64,000 bases of DNA from contig OY969927.1 in assembly GCA_963704655.1 (NCBI GenBank), forward strand, positions 1,056,001 through 1,120,000, written 5' to 3'. The DNA is from an uncultured Candidatus Babeliaceae bacterium. GTDB taxonomy: Bacteria > Babelota > Babeliae > Babelales > Babelaceae. The notes beneath the pieces were generated by a model. It saw nothing but the letters and a program-made list of their open reading frames with translations. It was not told where the DNA came from and searched no databases. Positions within the stretch are counted from its first letter, which is position 1, and every line of letters begins with the position of its first letter. Shown here piece after piece: positions 10,570 to 21,175 of this stretch. The translations under genes and the position numbers were made by a program.

Positions 10570-10598
10570 TTGAAATTCGTATAATTGTATGGTAGAGT
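10570..10598 (+). promoter_or_regulatory. Sigma70-type promoter for the leader peptide/symporter
   Basis: TTGAAA-17 bp-TAGAGT with an extended -10 TG. Confidence 0.55.
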
Positions 10599-10642
10599 AA
10601 TAAATGTTATATATTTTTTTAATCTATTGGGAAGGAACTCAT

Positions 10643-10759
10643 ATGACACGTTTTGTTTCATATACGCAGCCTGCGACAGCCGCTTGTCAGGTTATTGTAC
10701 TCTCTAATACTCTTTCTTCTGCTTCCCATCTCCACCATCCACATCATCATTGCCTTTAA
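10643..10759 (+). CDS. His-rich leader peptide (38 aa), putative histidine attenuator leader
   Basis: GAAGGA SD; MTRFVSYTQPATAACQVIVLSNTLSSASHLHHPHHHCL*; followed by hairpins and the symporter gene. Confidence 0.75.
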   Translation: MTRFVSYTQPATAACQVIVLSNTLSSASHLHHPHHHCL

Positions 10760-10845
10760 TGGCTTTATCGGCTTTTTAGCCACTTTGTATAAATAACTGT
10801 TTTTTGTAGGTAACAAGGGACCATTGTGTCGTTTGTTACGCTTTG
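10760..10845 (+). promoter_or_regulatory. Putative attenuator hairpins
   Basis: TGGCT..AGCCA stem immediately after the leader stop; GTAACAA.GAC..GTC.TTGTTAC stem at about 10810-10839. Confidence 0.45.
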
Positions 10846-10930
10846 TGAGAATTATTATGAAAAATAATATTCTGAATATTTTATCTATGCATATAACAAA
10901 AATAAGATATCAATTAACTAAGGATCAATT

Positions 10931-12283
10931 ATGAATACTTTTATATTTTTAACACTTTTTACATTATTAGGTGCATTATATTTCTTTTTAGGACTCCGCG
11001 CATCAAAAAATGTAAAAACGGCTCGTGACTATTTTGTTGCAAACAAGCAGCTTGGCGTATGGCAGATTACCTGCAATTTAATTGCCACACAATTAGGTGG
11101 CGGAATGCTCTTAGGGACTGCGGCTGCTGCATACGCCACCGGTTTATACGGCATGTTTTATAATGTCGGCATGGCGTTAGGTTTTCTTTTACTTGGGTGC
11201 GGCATAGCTGCAAGATTACAGCAATTTAATATAACCACGACCGCAGAACTTTTTGAGCTTCGCTATAAATCTTCAAACCTAAAAATGATCGCATCTTTGC
11301 TTTCTATAGCAACGCTTTTTGGGATCTTAATCGCGCAGGTTGTTGGCTTTAAAAGCTTGATGGCCACTATCGGTTTCAGCGCATGGTACATTGTGCTCCC
11401 ATTTTGGCTGTCTGTGGTTGTCTACACTATGGTCGGTGGCTTACGCGCAATTACTATTAATGATATGGTACAACTGGCGCTTATCTGTTGCACGTTTGTT
11501 GGAATATTTGTCTACTGTATTATGCAACCAGGCATGGGGATTGGTATATTGATTGAACAACAAAATATATTTACTGCGCAAAGTCTTGCCACCGTTTCTG
11601 TTGTTGGCACTATACTCATGCCGGCCCTTTTTTCATTAATTGAGCAAGATTTAGCACAACGGTTTTTTGCAAGTAAAACACAAGCAGTTGCGACACAATC
11701 AGCGTTCAATGCAGCTTTATTTACCGTGTTATTTTCAATAATTCCTGTCTATATGGGCATACAGACAAAACTTCTTGGAATAAGCTTTCCTGATGGTGCC
11801 AACCCATTATTAGTATTTTTACAAACTATAGTGCCAACAGCTATTTTTGCGCTTGCATTATGCGCAATTATTGCTGCCATTGTCTCAACGGCCGACGCTC
11901 TTATGAATGGCATAAGTGCTAATATAACGCAAGATTTTAAGCTTGCAGAAAAGCTGGGATACAATACTCTTACTGTCTCTAAGGTTACTACATTTGGTAT
12001 TGGCCTATGCGCACTTGTCGCATCATACTGTGTTAATCAGAGCGTTATAGATATCTTGATTCAAAGTTATGAACTTTCAGTAGTATGTTTATTGGTGCCA
12101 CTATTGTTTTGTTATTTCAAAAAAGATATATCATATAAAGCCGCATATGCTGCGATAATATTTGGGTTTATAGGCTTTATTATGGGTAGATTATACATAA
12201 CTCCATTTCCACGCGAGATTATTGCTTTAGCGCTGTCGTATATAGCGTATATCTGTGTAGAAAAGATTATAATGCGAAATTGA
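10931..12283 (+). CDS. Sodium:solute symporter (SSS family), candidate histidine/amino-acid transporter
   Basis: DYFVANK, ATQLGGG, YTMVGGLRAI.INDMVQ, QDLAQRFFA, AAIVSTAD. Confidence 0.9.
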   Translation: MNTFIFLTLFTLLGALYFFLGLRASKNVKTARDYFVANKQLGVWQITCNLIATQLGGGMLLGTAAAAYATGLYGMFYNVGMALGFLLLGCGIAARLQQFNITTTAELFELRYKSSNLKMIASLLSIATLFGILIAQVVGFKSLMATIGFSAWYIVLPFWLSVVVYTMVGGLRAITINDMVQLALICCTFVGIFVYCIMQPGMGIGILIEQQNIFTAQSLATVSVVGTILMPALFSLIEQDLAQRFFASKTQAVATQSAFNAALFTVLFSIIPVYMGIQTKLLGISFPDGANPLLVFLQTIVPTAIFALALCAIIAAIVSTADALMNGISANITQDFKLAEKLGYNTLTVSKVTTFGIGLCALVASYCVNQSVIDILIQSYELSVVCLLVPLLFCYFKKDISYKAAYAAIIFGFIGFIMGRLYITPFPREIIALALSYIAYICVEKIIMRN

Positions 12284-12327
12284 ATGAGTCGGTAGGGCGC
12301 ATGTTTTTTGAGATGTGCCCTACTTTT

Positions 12328-14733
12328 TTAAATACCGAATTTAGTTTCAGTGATATATTGTTTATCGTTTGTTCGAGAAACAGGTTGTGCGGCCACAGAT
12401 TTCTGACTTTTTCTTCTGCCTTTGTTGCGTCGTGGTTTGGTGTTGTCACGCTTGCGGTCTGCACCTTTTTCAAATTCACGAACAAAGTCGCCTTGTGCTT
12501 GAGACAGGAACACATTAGTAGTTTCTTGGGCATCTTCAAGTCTGCTTTTAAAGAACCAACGAGTTACCGGGTCGCGTGGACTGCCAATAACACTTTGTGT
12601 TTCAAATACTTCAAAGCCAGTAGAAATTTTGTCACGCGTATAAATTTCTACGCCGCCTCTAATTTTGGGTTCGATAATGGTTGGTGTAATAAGAATCAGA
12701 AGATTTGCTCGCTCTGTCGAACGTGAGCTGTATTGAAAGAACGGCCCTATAAGAGGAATGTCAGCTAAAATAGGGACTTTATAGGTGCTTTCCGTCTCAG
12801 TTAATGTTCCAAGACCACCAAGTGCTAATATTTGTCCGCTACTGATATTTGAGTTCGTGTTAACTGTTCGTGTATTACGCGTATAGTTAGTCTGTGTTGT
12901 GGTGGTAAATTCTTGCACATCGACTGCTATTTGCATATTAACACGGTCTAAAGATGCCACACGAGCAACAATACCAACACGTAGTCGAGCTTCAATATCT
13001 TCAACTTTTTGTGAAACAACCGCAGCCTGACCAGCAAATGCTTGACCTTGGTCACGTCTGATGGTACTGATAATTGTTTCTGCTTCTCTGTTGTTGCGTG
13101 CAACTAAAAATGGATGCGAAAGTACTTTTAAATCTGTATATGAATCGAGTACTTGTAATACGCCCCAAATTCCAGTACCATTTGGATCGTTAAATGACAT
13201 AATAAGCGAACCAGGGTTTGCAGCTGAAAGGCTTGAAGCAAGACTTGAAGCAGGGACTGATCCTACAGCTGGATTTATAAGACTTAAAAGATCCGCTGCC
13301 AATTTAGCAGGTTCAGGCACTAACGTTGTTGGAGCAGATGCGCCAGCAGTGTTTAAAATTGCCCCACCTGAATTTGCAAGTGCGGCTTGCGCTGTAACGC
13401 CGTTAGATTGAATAGTGGTTGGCACATTTGCGGTAAGGTTGCGGATCTGTGCGCCCAAGATTTTACTTTCATCAATAGTAACATCAATAACCATAACTTC
13501 GATAATAACAATAGGCTGGGGAATATCGAGCGATTTGACAAGATCTCTTATCTTTATCCAATCATCTTGACGTGCGGTTATAATAAGTCTATTGCCGCCT
13601 TTAAATACTGTTGAGCCTTGAAGTAATGATTTTTGATCGCCAGTTGTTTGAATAGCTTCTGCTTTTTCTTCGACTTTTTCTTCTGCGACAACAATAACGC
13701 CTTCAAATGTTTTACGAACACCACCCTGGAGATCTTTAGTTGCCTGAGCTGTTTCTGTTCCAGATTTTACTATTTTTTGTAAAATTGGTGCAAAAGTTGG
13801 AGCATCAAGATATTGAAGTTCATAAACATGTAATATGGATCTACCCGAATCAGCAGGTTGATCAAGTTCGGCAATAAGATCTTTTATGCGTTCAACACTT
13901 GAGGAAGAGCCAGATAAAATAATGGCATTTAAGCGATTGTCTGCAACTAAATGTGCTTGACTGGCACCAAAATAAAGACCGGCTTCTGATTTAACGTCAG
14001 CTTTAAGCGTGCCTTTTTCAGTACCAGTAAGAGCTAAAATTTGTGTTTTAATCAAATCAGCTACAATATTTGCATCGACATTATACAATCGCACCACTTC
14101 AAGAACATTTGGGTCCCCCGAGCGATCTAAAAGCATAATGATATTTAATGCTGTCGCCAGTTTATTTGCAGAGTCAGCGGCAATAATAGCATTTGTTTTT
14201 GTATCAAAAGTAACGGATTTGTTTGCTGATAAAACATCGGTTAAGATCTGGTTGATAGGATCTTTATCATCACTTGCGTTATATTTTTCTGGAACTTTTA
14301 AATTTGTTAAGTAAACGATTGCACGTATTTTATTTTCGGTTTGAGGAAAATCTTGCGGATTAAATCCGACATAAATAGGCAGTGTGTCGCGATTGCTATT
14401 AGGATCATTTTTAATGATCATATGCATGCCATTGTGCGGAATCATGGTATAGCCAGCAAGATTAAGCAACAGGGCGATATATTCCCATGCTTTTTCCAAT
14501 GTAACTTTTTTGGGTAATTGGATGTTTACTTTTTGTTTAATGGCATTTGCTCCTTGAGGAAGCAAAATATTCATACCGGCTCTTTCAGCAAGCTCAGTAA
14601 CGATTTCTGATAGTTCTTTATCGGTAAAATTAAAGTCGATAAGATTGCCTGAAGGAATATTAACCTTGCTTATAAGATGATTTGTGGTAGCAAGTATGAG
14701 TGTTATAAGTAATAATATTTTTTTCATGTTCAT
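12328..14733 (-). CDS. gspD: Type II secretion secretin (GspD-like), copy 2
   Basis: N0 DFNFTDKEL, N-domain repeats, LDIPQPIVIIEVMV, LALGGL, KVPILADIPLIGPFF, LLILITPTII. Confidence 0.92.
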   Translation of the reverse strand: MNMKKILLLITLILATTNHLISKVNIPSGNLIDFNFTDKELSEIVTELAERAGMNILLPQGANAIKQKVNIQLPKKVTLEKAWEYIALLLNLAGYTMIPHNGMHMIIKNDPNSNRDTLPIYVGFNPQDFPQTENKIRAIVYLTNLKVPEKYNASDDKDPINQILTDVLSANKSVTFDTKTNAIIAADSANKLATALNIIMLLDRSGDPNVLEVVRLYNVDANIVADLIKTQILALTGTEKGTLKADVKSEAGLYFGASQAHLVADNRLNAIILSGSSSSVERIKDLIAELDQPADSGRSILHVYELQYLDAPTFAPILQKIVKSGTETAQATKDLQGGVRKTFEGVIVVAEEKVEEKAEAIQTTGDQKSLLQGSTVFKGGNRLIITARQDDWIKIRDLVKSLDIPQPIVIIEVMVIDVTIDESKILGAQIRNLTANVPTTIQSNGVTAQAALANSGGAILNTAGASAPTTLVPEPAKLAADLLSLINPAVGSVPASSLASSLSAANPGSLIMSFNDPNGTGIWGVLQVLDSYTDLKVLSHPFLVARNNREAETIISTIRRDQGQAFAGQAAVVSQKVEDIEARLRVGIVARVASLDRVNMQIAVDVQEFTTTTQTNYTRNTRTVNTNSNISSGQILALGGLGTLTETESTYKVPILADIPLIGPFFQYSSRSTERANLLILITPTIIEPKIRGGVEIYTRDKISTGFEVFETQSVIGSPRDPVTRWFFKSRLEDAQETTNVFLSQAQGDFVREFEKGADRKRDNTKPRRNKGRRKSQKSVAAQPVSRTNDKQYITETKFGI

Positions 14734-14740
14734 ACTTCAA

Positions 14741-15298
14741 TTAGGCTGAGGTTTGTTGTGGTTCTAACGTAGCTATAATTAATGTTACATCAAGAAGGCC
14801 ATCTTTAATATTTTTTATAATTTTGAGCTCTTTGGTATACACGCGTTGATTCTGTTCTATTTTAAAAAGAAGCTCGGTAAGGAGTTTCATATTGAGTTTA
14901 GAAAATGTGACGGCCAATTTATGTTCTGTAAATCCATTGCCGATGTCGCTTTCAGAGCGTTCTGACTCTTTGGTAAGATTACTTTGTAAATTTTGTGATT
15001 TAATAAGATCAGTAAAATATTGCCCTATATAAAAATTAGGCTCTTCGGCAAGTATAGCCTTTACTGCTTCTTGCTGTGTAAGAACTTCTTTGTTTTTTAC
15101 CAATATTTCTTGGGTAACAGCTCTTTGTTTATTAACTTTTTTTAATTCGGTAGTGAGTTTTGATACTGTTCTAAAATGGGTATAGACAATAACTCCTGAA
15201 ATTAGAATAAGTGCGCCAAGAAAAACTCCGTAATAGATATATAGATCGCGTTTACTTTTAGTAGAAAAAAAATTACGTATAGAATCGGTGAAACTCAT
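14741..15298 (-). CDS. gspM: GspM/PilO-like T2SS inner-membrane platform protein
   Basis: Single TM, coiled coil, LTELLFKIE ferredoxin-like C-domain; directly follows gspL-like gene. Confidence 0.65.
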   Translation of the reverse strand: MSFTDSIRNFFSTKSKRDLYIYYGVFLGALILISGVIVYTHFRTVSKLTTELKKVNKQRAVTQEILVKNKEVLTQQEAVKAILAEEPNFYIGQYFTDLIKSQNLQSNLTKESERSESDIGNGFTEHKLAVTFSKLNMKLLTELLFKIEQNQRVYTKELKIIKNIKDGLLDVTLIIATLEPQQTSA

Positions 15299-16837
15299 TT
15301 AATCCTCCTTATAATTTTTATCAAGGGTAATTTTAATGGAGAATTTTGGTTCTTGTGGATGTGTTACTTCCTTGAACATACCATTTGGTCTACTGAGTTC
15401 TTGGTCAAGAAGTTGCAGCGCCGCATAATCTTTAACTTCGCCTTCAAGCACCATAGTGCCATTGGTGTCGTTAATTGATAACATAGTTAGCGTTAGTCCA
15501 AGTGCTTTTGCATCTAATCGTCTAAAAAGCTCCTGCAAATAATTTAAAAATGAATATCGGTTTTGGCTAGAAAGAGCAAACCAGATCTCTTCCTGTTTTT
15601 TGACCGATGCTTTTGCCGCATCAATAACCCGTTCAAGATTTTTTCCTGTAACTTGTTGCTTAGGTAAATTAAGTTCACGCGCAAGCTTCTGTTTTGCATC
15701 TTCTTGTGAAGCATAAATCTCTTTTTTTATTTTTCGTTGAGTTAATTGTGTATGAATTATAAGTGATCCAATAACAATTATAAAAAGTGTTAGTGCTGTC
15801 ACAAGTTGTCTAAACAATAATGCATTGTTATGGGGTGCAAATTCATCCTGAAGAAAATTAATTGAACGGGTATAGGATAAATCAAGAGCCGATCCAACAC
15901 TAGCTATAAAGGGTGTTGTTAGAAGAACGCCATTTACTGCTTTTATAGTATTATTATGTACCACTTTATAGAGTAAAAATTCTTCTGTTTTTAGACCGGT
16001 TGCTTCCTGGATCTCATTAATAAGTGTTTTATTTTCTGTTGAAGATAGTGCAACTAAAACACGTTGAATCTTTTTTTCTTCGGGTAACGAGCTATTGAAA
16101 GTATCAAGTGTGAATTGTATATCTTGCATAAAACGTGCATCATGATAGCCACGTGAAATGATACGAATGTTGCGTAGCTGACCATCTACAATTGCTATAA
16201 ATTGGCGCGAGTCATTTGTTATTTCAATGCATAATGTCGATGTTGTATCATCGTTATATTCTGGAATTTCTTTAAAGATCGAATAAAATTCAAAAAGATG
16301 AACTGAAAATTTTGTTGGCTTAAGCCCAGCGTTATGAAAGAGCGCAACAGTTTGTGTAACCGTATAACGTTTAACTGCAGCAACTTGTACTGTTGTTTTA
16401 TTATTATTCCTATCTTGGTTTATAACTAAAGCATCGATAAATGCTTCATTAAGTGAAAAAGGCAGCATAGGCTCTATTTCAAAAGGAATTACCATTTTAA
16501 TGGTATCGATATCGGTAAAAGGAATAGTTATCTCTTTAAAGATGGCCAGATTGTTTGATAGCGATATAATAAGTCCATCATAATTACCGATACTTATCGC
16601 AATTTTCTTTAATGCCTCTACTATACGCTCTTCTAGGGGTATAAGTTCATCTTGTGCTATCTCTTGCTGAAAGCAACCAGTGATGGTTTTTTTATATCCT
16701 TGTGCCTGGACAACCGTTGCAAGAATAAGATTATTTTGTATCTCAAGGCCAACTAATTTTTGAGCTGTGACATAGTAACCATTAAGAGCGTCGGGCAAAA
16801 AAAGCGAACGAACTTGATTGAAGTAAGATGTTATCAT
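15299..16837 (-). CDS. gspL: GspL (PilM/PilN-like) T2SS protein
   Basis: Actin-like N-domain (VGLEI, IPFEIEPMLPFS, VAAV), SINFL, TM, periplasmic domain. Confidence 0.75.
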   Translation of the reverse strand: MITSYFNQVRSLFLPDALNGYYVTAQKLVGLEIQNNLILATVVQAQGYKKTITGCFQQEIAQDELIPLEERIVEALKKIAISIGNYDGLIISLSNNLAIFKEITIPFTDIDTIKMVIPFEIEPMLPFSLNEAFIDALVINQDRNNNKTTVQVAAVKRYTVTQTVALFHNAGLKPTKFSVHLFEFYSIFKEIPEYNDDTTSTLCIEITNDSRQFIAIVDGQLRNIRIISRGYHDARFMQDIQFTLDTFNSSLPEEKKIQRVLVALSSTENKTLINEIQEATGLKTEEFLLYKVVHNNTIKAVNGVLLTTPFIASVGSALDLSYTRSINFLQDEFAPHNNALLFRQLVTALTLFIIVIGSLIIHTQLTQRKIKKEIYASQEDAKQKLARELNLPKQQVTGKNLERVIDAAKASVKKQEEIWFALSSQNRYSFLNYLQELFRRLDAKALGLTLTMLSINDTNGTMVLEGEVKDYAALQLLDQELSRPNGMFKEVTHPQEPKFSIKITLDKNYKED

Positions 16838-19281
16838 GTTCCCTCCGGCTTGTTTTTTGGAGTATCATCTTTAGAGCCAAAACGGGCTCTTACCATTTGC
16901 TCAACTTGAGCAGTTGGAACCTGTTCAGGTAGCCGTTCTTTTCTTGGTTCAGGTTTAGGATTTTCATGCTCTTGATCTTGCATATGATTCATCAAAGAGC
17001 TCTTTGAACTCTTCGTAAGACGTTTTGGTTTTTCTAATCGTGCATATTGGCTCTCGTCGATATATTTATCTTTGAGTCCAACAAAATCGTCAATAACAGC
17101 TTCACCGTGTTGAACATTGTCTTTAAAGAACCAACGTAATAATGGGTCACGCTGTTTTGTGTCGCCATAAAAGACAGCTTTTGTATCAAGAATCTTATCT
17201 TCGGTGAAGTTGTCAGCGACCTCATCATTTTCAGTAGGAATAATTTCTGGAACTATAAGTACCAAAATACTTGATCGTTCTGATGTTTTTACGATATTTT
17301 TAAATAAATTTCCTAGAATCGGGATATCGCCTAAAATAGGAACTTTAGTAATGGTATCAGTAACGGTATCTTGAATTAACCCGCCTAAAGCAAGTACTTC
17401 GTTGTTTGACATTATAACACTGGTGTTAACGGTCTTTTTGGTTCTATTACCGGCAGGTATATAATTTTGATCCGTATCTGGGCTTGTAAATTGCTCATAG
17501 TTTACTACAACATCTAATGTGATAAGGCCATCAACGCTTATTTGAGGTGTAACACTCACCGTTAAATTTGCGGCCAAATCTTTATAGGCGTTCGTACTTA
17601 CTGCGCTACCGTTTTGGATCACTGCATCAACAACCCGACGAATGGAACCGACAGATATCTGAGCAGGGTACTTATTAGTGGTTACCAAAAACGGGTTAGC
17701 AACCACAGATGTTTTTGTATATTGTTCAAGAATTTTAAAGAGTCCCCATACACCGTCAATATCGGCTCCAAGGGTTAATAATGTAGAGCCAACATTTCCA
17801 GAAAGTGATGCAAGTGAGATAAGATCGCCAAGTAATCGTGTAGCACCGGTGCCGCTAGGGTTTTCAACAACAGATGAACCGGTTCCTGCAAGGCCAGAAG
17901 TTTGAAAATTAACGTTATTACCTAAAAAGCCATTTACGCCAGGAACTTTATTTCGCAACTGTGTTCCTATTTCTTTGTTTTCCGTTAAGTCGATATTAAG
18001 TAAAAGTACCTTGATTGCAACTTGCGGCTGCTCGACATCTATTCTTTTTATAAGGTTAAAGATCTTCGTATAGTCATCATAATCGGCATAAATAATAAGA
18101 CGGTTGCCAGTTTTTTCTGCTTCGACATATACCGGCTTTAAATACTTGTCGCCATCGCGCACACCACCGTTTTTAGCAGCATCAGTATCCCTTTGAAACT
18201 GTGTTGCAGCGTTTAAAATCTTAGCGAGAGACTCAGCGTTAGTATGTTTAAGTGCATAGGTAAAAATCGGCGTATAGCTTGCATCGGCACGTTTATCTAA
18301 TGTTTTTTCTATAAAGTCATATACACGCTGAACAGAATCTTTTGTTCCAACCATCACAATAGCGTTCAAGTGGGGAATTGGTGTCAAACGAATATTTTCA
18401 GAAAAATAGCTGGTGCTTGGTTTTTTTCGTTGGCCCAGAAGACGTGCCGTTAAAGATGGTTCATCAGTTTTGATTAATTCTTTATACAAATTTACTGCTC
18501 GGGTAGCGTCTATGCGTTCAAGTTTTAAAATCTTTAAAATCTCTGTTGGATTTGCTTGATCAAGTTCATTAATAATAGCCAACATATTTTTAATATTAGA
18601 TGACTTGTCGGTAAGGATAATTGCGCGCATGTCAGGTATTATAATTGCCCGCGGTGATGCGGCGCTTTTTACTTCATTGATAAGGTTGATAATAGTATCT
18701 AACGATGTATTTTTTATGAACGTAATATAACGAATAACTGTATCATCAGAAGGTAGTTCTTCGAGTTTAGTGTCTATGTAAAGTGGCAGCGGATTTTTGC
18801 CAGGGCTTAATGGAGATTTTGGATCTGTAGGTGAAATTCTAAATACACGGGGTGATGGACCAGGGATTACGGTTAGGCCAGAAAGATCTAAAAATTGGGT
18901 GAATATCGCCCATGCGTCTTTTTTAGAGAATGGTTTATTGGTACTAAATGAAACAGTAATTCCTGAAATAGACTTGCTGCCTGCTGGTGCAGGGTTTAAA
19001 GAATCATCTAAAAGAAAAGTAATATTAAAGTGCTCTGCAAAATAATCTATTACCGCTTTTAGTGTGGTGCTTTCAAATTTAAACTCTATCGTTTCATTAG
19101 GGTCGCCATATTCCCACGGGTTGGTAAATTCGGTAAGATAGTTTTCTTTCAAGTAGGTTGGCTTTTTACTTTCCTGCAACTCTTCTTCTTTTGTTTTTAT
19201 ATGATCAATTAAAGGAGTAGCAGTGATGGCATTCCATATAGTTATTGTTACAAGCAAAAGTAAAAATAATTTTATTTTCAT
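16834..19281 (-). CDS. gspD: Type II secretion secretin (GspD-like), copy 1
   Basis: IDVEQPQVAIKV, VTPQIS, LALGGLI, KVPILGDIPILGNLFK. Confidence 0.92.
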   Translation of the reverse strand: MKIKLFLLLLVTITIWNAITATPLIDHIKTKEEELQESKKPTYLKENYLTEFTNPWEYGDPNETIEFKFESTTLKAVIDYFAEHFNITFLLDDSLNPAPAGSKSISGITVSFSTNKPFSKKDAWAIFTQFLDLSGLTVIPGPSPRVFRISPTDPKSPLSPGKNPLPLYIDTKLEELPSDDTVIRYITFIKNTSLDTIINLINEVKSAASPRAIIIPDMRAIILTDKSSNIKNMLAIINELDQANPTEILKILKLERIDATRAVNLYKELIKTDEPSLTARLLGQRKKPSTSYFSENIRLTPIPHLNAIVMVGTKDSVQRVYDFIEKTLDKRADASYTPIFTYALKHTNAESLAKILNAATQFQRDTDAAKNGGVRDGDKYLKPVYVEAEKTGNRLIIYADYDDYTKIFNLIKRIDVEQPQVAIKVLLLNIDLTENKEIGTQLRNKVPGVNGFLGNNVNFQTSGLAGTGSSVVENPSGTGATRLLGDLISLASLSGNVGSTLLTLGADIDGVWGLFKILEQYTKTSVVANPFLVTTNKYPAQISVGSIRRVVDAVIQNGSAVSTNAYKDLAANLTVSVTPQISVDGLITLDVVVNYEQFTSPDTDQNYIPAGNRTKKTVNTSVIMSNNEVLALGGLIQDTVTDTITKVPILGDIPILGNLFKNIVKTSERSSILVLIVPEIIPTENDEVADNFTEDKILDTKAVFYGDTKQRDPLLRWFFKDNVQHGEAVIDDFVGLKDKYIDESQYARLEKPKRLTKSSKSSLMNHMQDQEHENPKPEPRKERLPEQVPTAQVEQMVRARFGSKDDTPKNKPEGT

Positions 19282-19296
19282 AGTATTTTTTTATCC

Positions 19297-20427
19297 TCAG
19301 GTAGGTACTTGCTGTAACAGTGATGAACTTGAAGGCGCGTTAGTCATTGCAGAAAGATTATTTTTTTGTGTACGCTCGAGCATTGGGTTTTTTGTTGCAT
19401 GAGATTCCATTACCAATTTATTACTCATCTCATGCATCTGTTGTAATTCTTGCGGTACAGCTTCATTTTCTTGCACAGACAATTGTTCTGGTTGAACTTC
19501 TTGTTCTGGTGATAAACTATAAGTTTGCATAATTTCATTTCCATTACGCAGCAGCTTAACTGCGATTGTTTCTTGCTGTGTCATATTTTTAATTTTTGTA
19601 AATATTTCAACGCGGTCATTTGTTGTTGTTGTTGGGATATCTGCAATAGTCAAAATAATATCGTTAGGTAATAATCCAAGAGCTATTCCAACAGATTGTG
19701 GTTTTAGTACGCCTATTCTGCAGCCTATTGTTTTACCTTTTTTAAATGCGGTAGTTACATCAAGCATATCAATAAACTCTGCAAGATTTTTCACTTCATG
19801 AGTAAATTGATGTTTGTCGACCATAAACTCAGTTGGTGATTTTTGTTGAATAATTGTCTGCCAAACTACTTCATGCTTATATTGAGAATCTTTTTGTGCA
19901 TCTTGTGATGAAACAAATAATGTTTCCTGTTGTCCATTCGAGCGAATAAGCATTACTTTATTATAATAGATTCGTACAATTTCTGAATCTTCTATAGTAT
20001 CGCCTACCTTATAAAGTTTTTCATTTTTAGATTTAGTCTCTTCGATAACTGCTCGGTTAGAACGTTCGTCTGACGAGAACATGATACCTTTCAGCGTTAC
20101 TTGCAGCGGCTCTAGAAACTGAACTGGACGTGGTTGAACTGGCGCGGGCGCTTGTGGCGCTGGCGGTGTTGGAAGTACCAGTTTCTTTTCTTCTGGCTTT
20201 ACTTCTTGCTCTTGAGATTCTTTATAAGTGTTAAAAAGATCATTGCGATATATGCGTGAAATATCGATCTTTGAAACATCTTTTAATGGAGCACTCTGCA
20301 TATAATTTGCAATCAAGCTGGCGCGTGCTGGAAGCCTATAACGCGTGAGCCCAACAAAAATAAGCATGCAAATGAATAATATAAAAAGGGTGCTATTTAT
20401 TATCCAGATAGGGGGTTGTTTATACAT
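19297..20427 (-). CDS. gspC: T2SS protein GspC with HR and PDZ domains
   Basis: TM, Pro-rich linker, LKGIMFS..RAVIE..YKVGD, PDZ LGLLPNDIILTI..LLRNG. Confidence 0.88.
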   Translation of the reverse strand: MYKQPPIWIINSTLFILFICMLIFVGLTRYRLPARASLIANYMQSAPLKDVSKIDISRIYRNDLFNTYKESQEQEVKPEEKKLVLPTPPAPQAPAPVQPRPVQFLEPLQVTLKGIMFSSDERSNRAVIEETKSKNEKLYKVGDTIEDSEIVRIYYNKVMLIRSNGQQETLFVSSQDAQKDSQYKHEVVWQTIIQQKSPTEFMVDKHQFTHEVKNLAEFIDMLDVTTAFKKGKTIGCRIGVLKPQSVGIALGLLPNDIILTIADIPTTTTNDRVEIFTKIKNMTQQETIAVKLLRNGNEIMQTYSLSPEQEVQPEQLSVQENEAVPQELQQMHEMSNKLVMESHATKNPMLERTQKNNLSAMTNAPSSSSLLQQVPT

Positions 20428-20569
20428 CCCTGCATTCCTTTATACCGTGCACATAAGCTCTAACAATTGTATGATACAATATTTGCCGTCAACGAGGTAT
20501 TTGTCAAGTATATCAGAAAAACTTCAGTAAAATTTCGACCCTTTGCGCGGTTTGCGCTATGAAAATTAT

Positions 20570-20983
20570 TTATCGTTCAACCAAGTGATTTGTCTTATTT
20601 GAACTTGTTTTTGTTGGATCACGATGTTCACTAGAACTATTTTGTCTTGTTTGTTGAGTTTGTCCAATTCTTTCAATTAATGCAAAACTTAAGGCGACTA
20701 GAGAATCAACAGTAGGCTGTTCTTGTCTATTTTCTGCAGGCACAACCTGATCTTCGGTAAAAATATTTTCTCTATTTTGTTGAGTTGGAAAAGGCGACTG
20801 TTCATCGAACGCTCTTCTGAGCGCGGCTGCTTGTTCATCGTTTAGAATAAATGCGTCATGCCGACGAGTTAGTCTTTGTCGTGTATTATTATGTGCATGT
20901 GGTTGAGGGCCGTATGCGGCTAAATTACTCACAGTCGCTGCACATAGAACAGCTAGTAAATTTTTTTTGAAAGTATTCTTCAT
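20570..20983 (-). CDS. Secreted low-complexity hypothetical protein
   Basis: Signal peptide ending NLAA; Q/R/N-rich. Confidence 0.6.
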   Translation of the reverse strand: MKNTFKKNLLAVLCAATVSNLAAYGPQPHAHNNTRQRLTRRHDAFILNDEQAAALRRAFDEQSPFPTQQNRENIFTEDQVVPAENRQEQPTVDSLVALSFALIERIGQTQQTRQNSSSEHRDPTKTSSNKTNHLVER

Positions 20984-21044
20984 ATTTATTAAATTTGTTT
21001 TGTGTTTACTTAAGTAAGAATAATAATAAGGTATCTGTTAAAAG

Positions 21045-21087
21045 AAATTAAGAAGATCCTATTTAATATAGAATCTTCTTTAATTTT
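21045..21087. terminator. AT-rich inverted repeat, probable terminator
   Basis: AATTAAGAAGAT.CTAT / ATAG.ATCTTCTTTAATT. Confidence 0.5.
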
Positions 21088-21175
21088 ATCAGTAATGTTT
21101 AAATTTTCAAACTATGATTATATTGCGTTACAAATTAGGCAATGTGCCGTAAGTAGATGTTGTTTGCGCCGGTGC

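Noticed and set aside
12280-12726. 148-aa plus-strand ORF and other antisense/overlapping ORFs (e.g. 22623-23045, 30782-31210, 50514-51044)
   Set aside because: Shadow frames of well-supported genes on the opposite strand; no motifs
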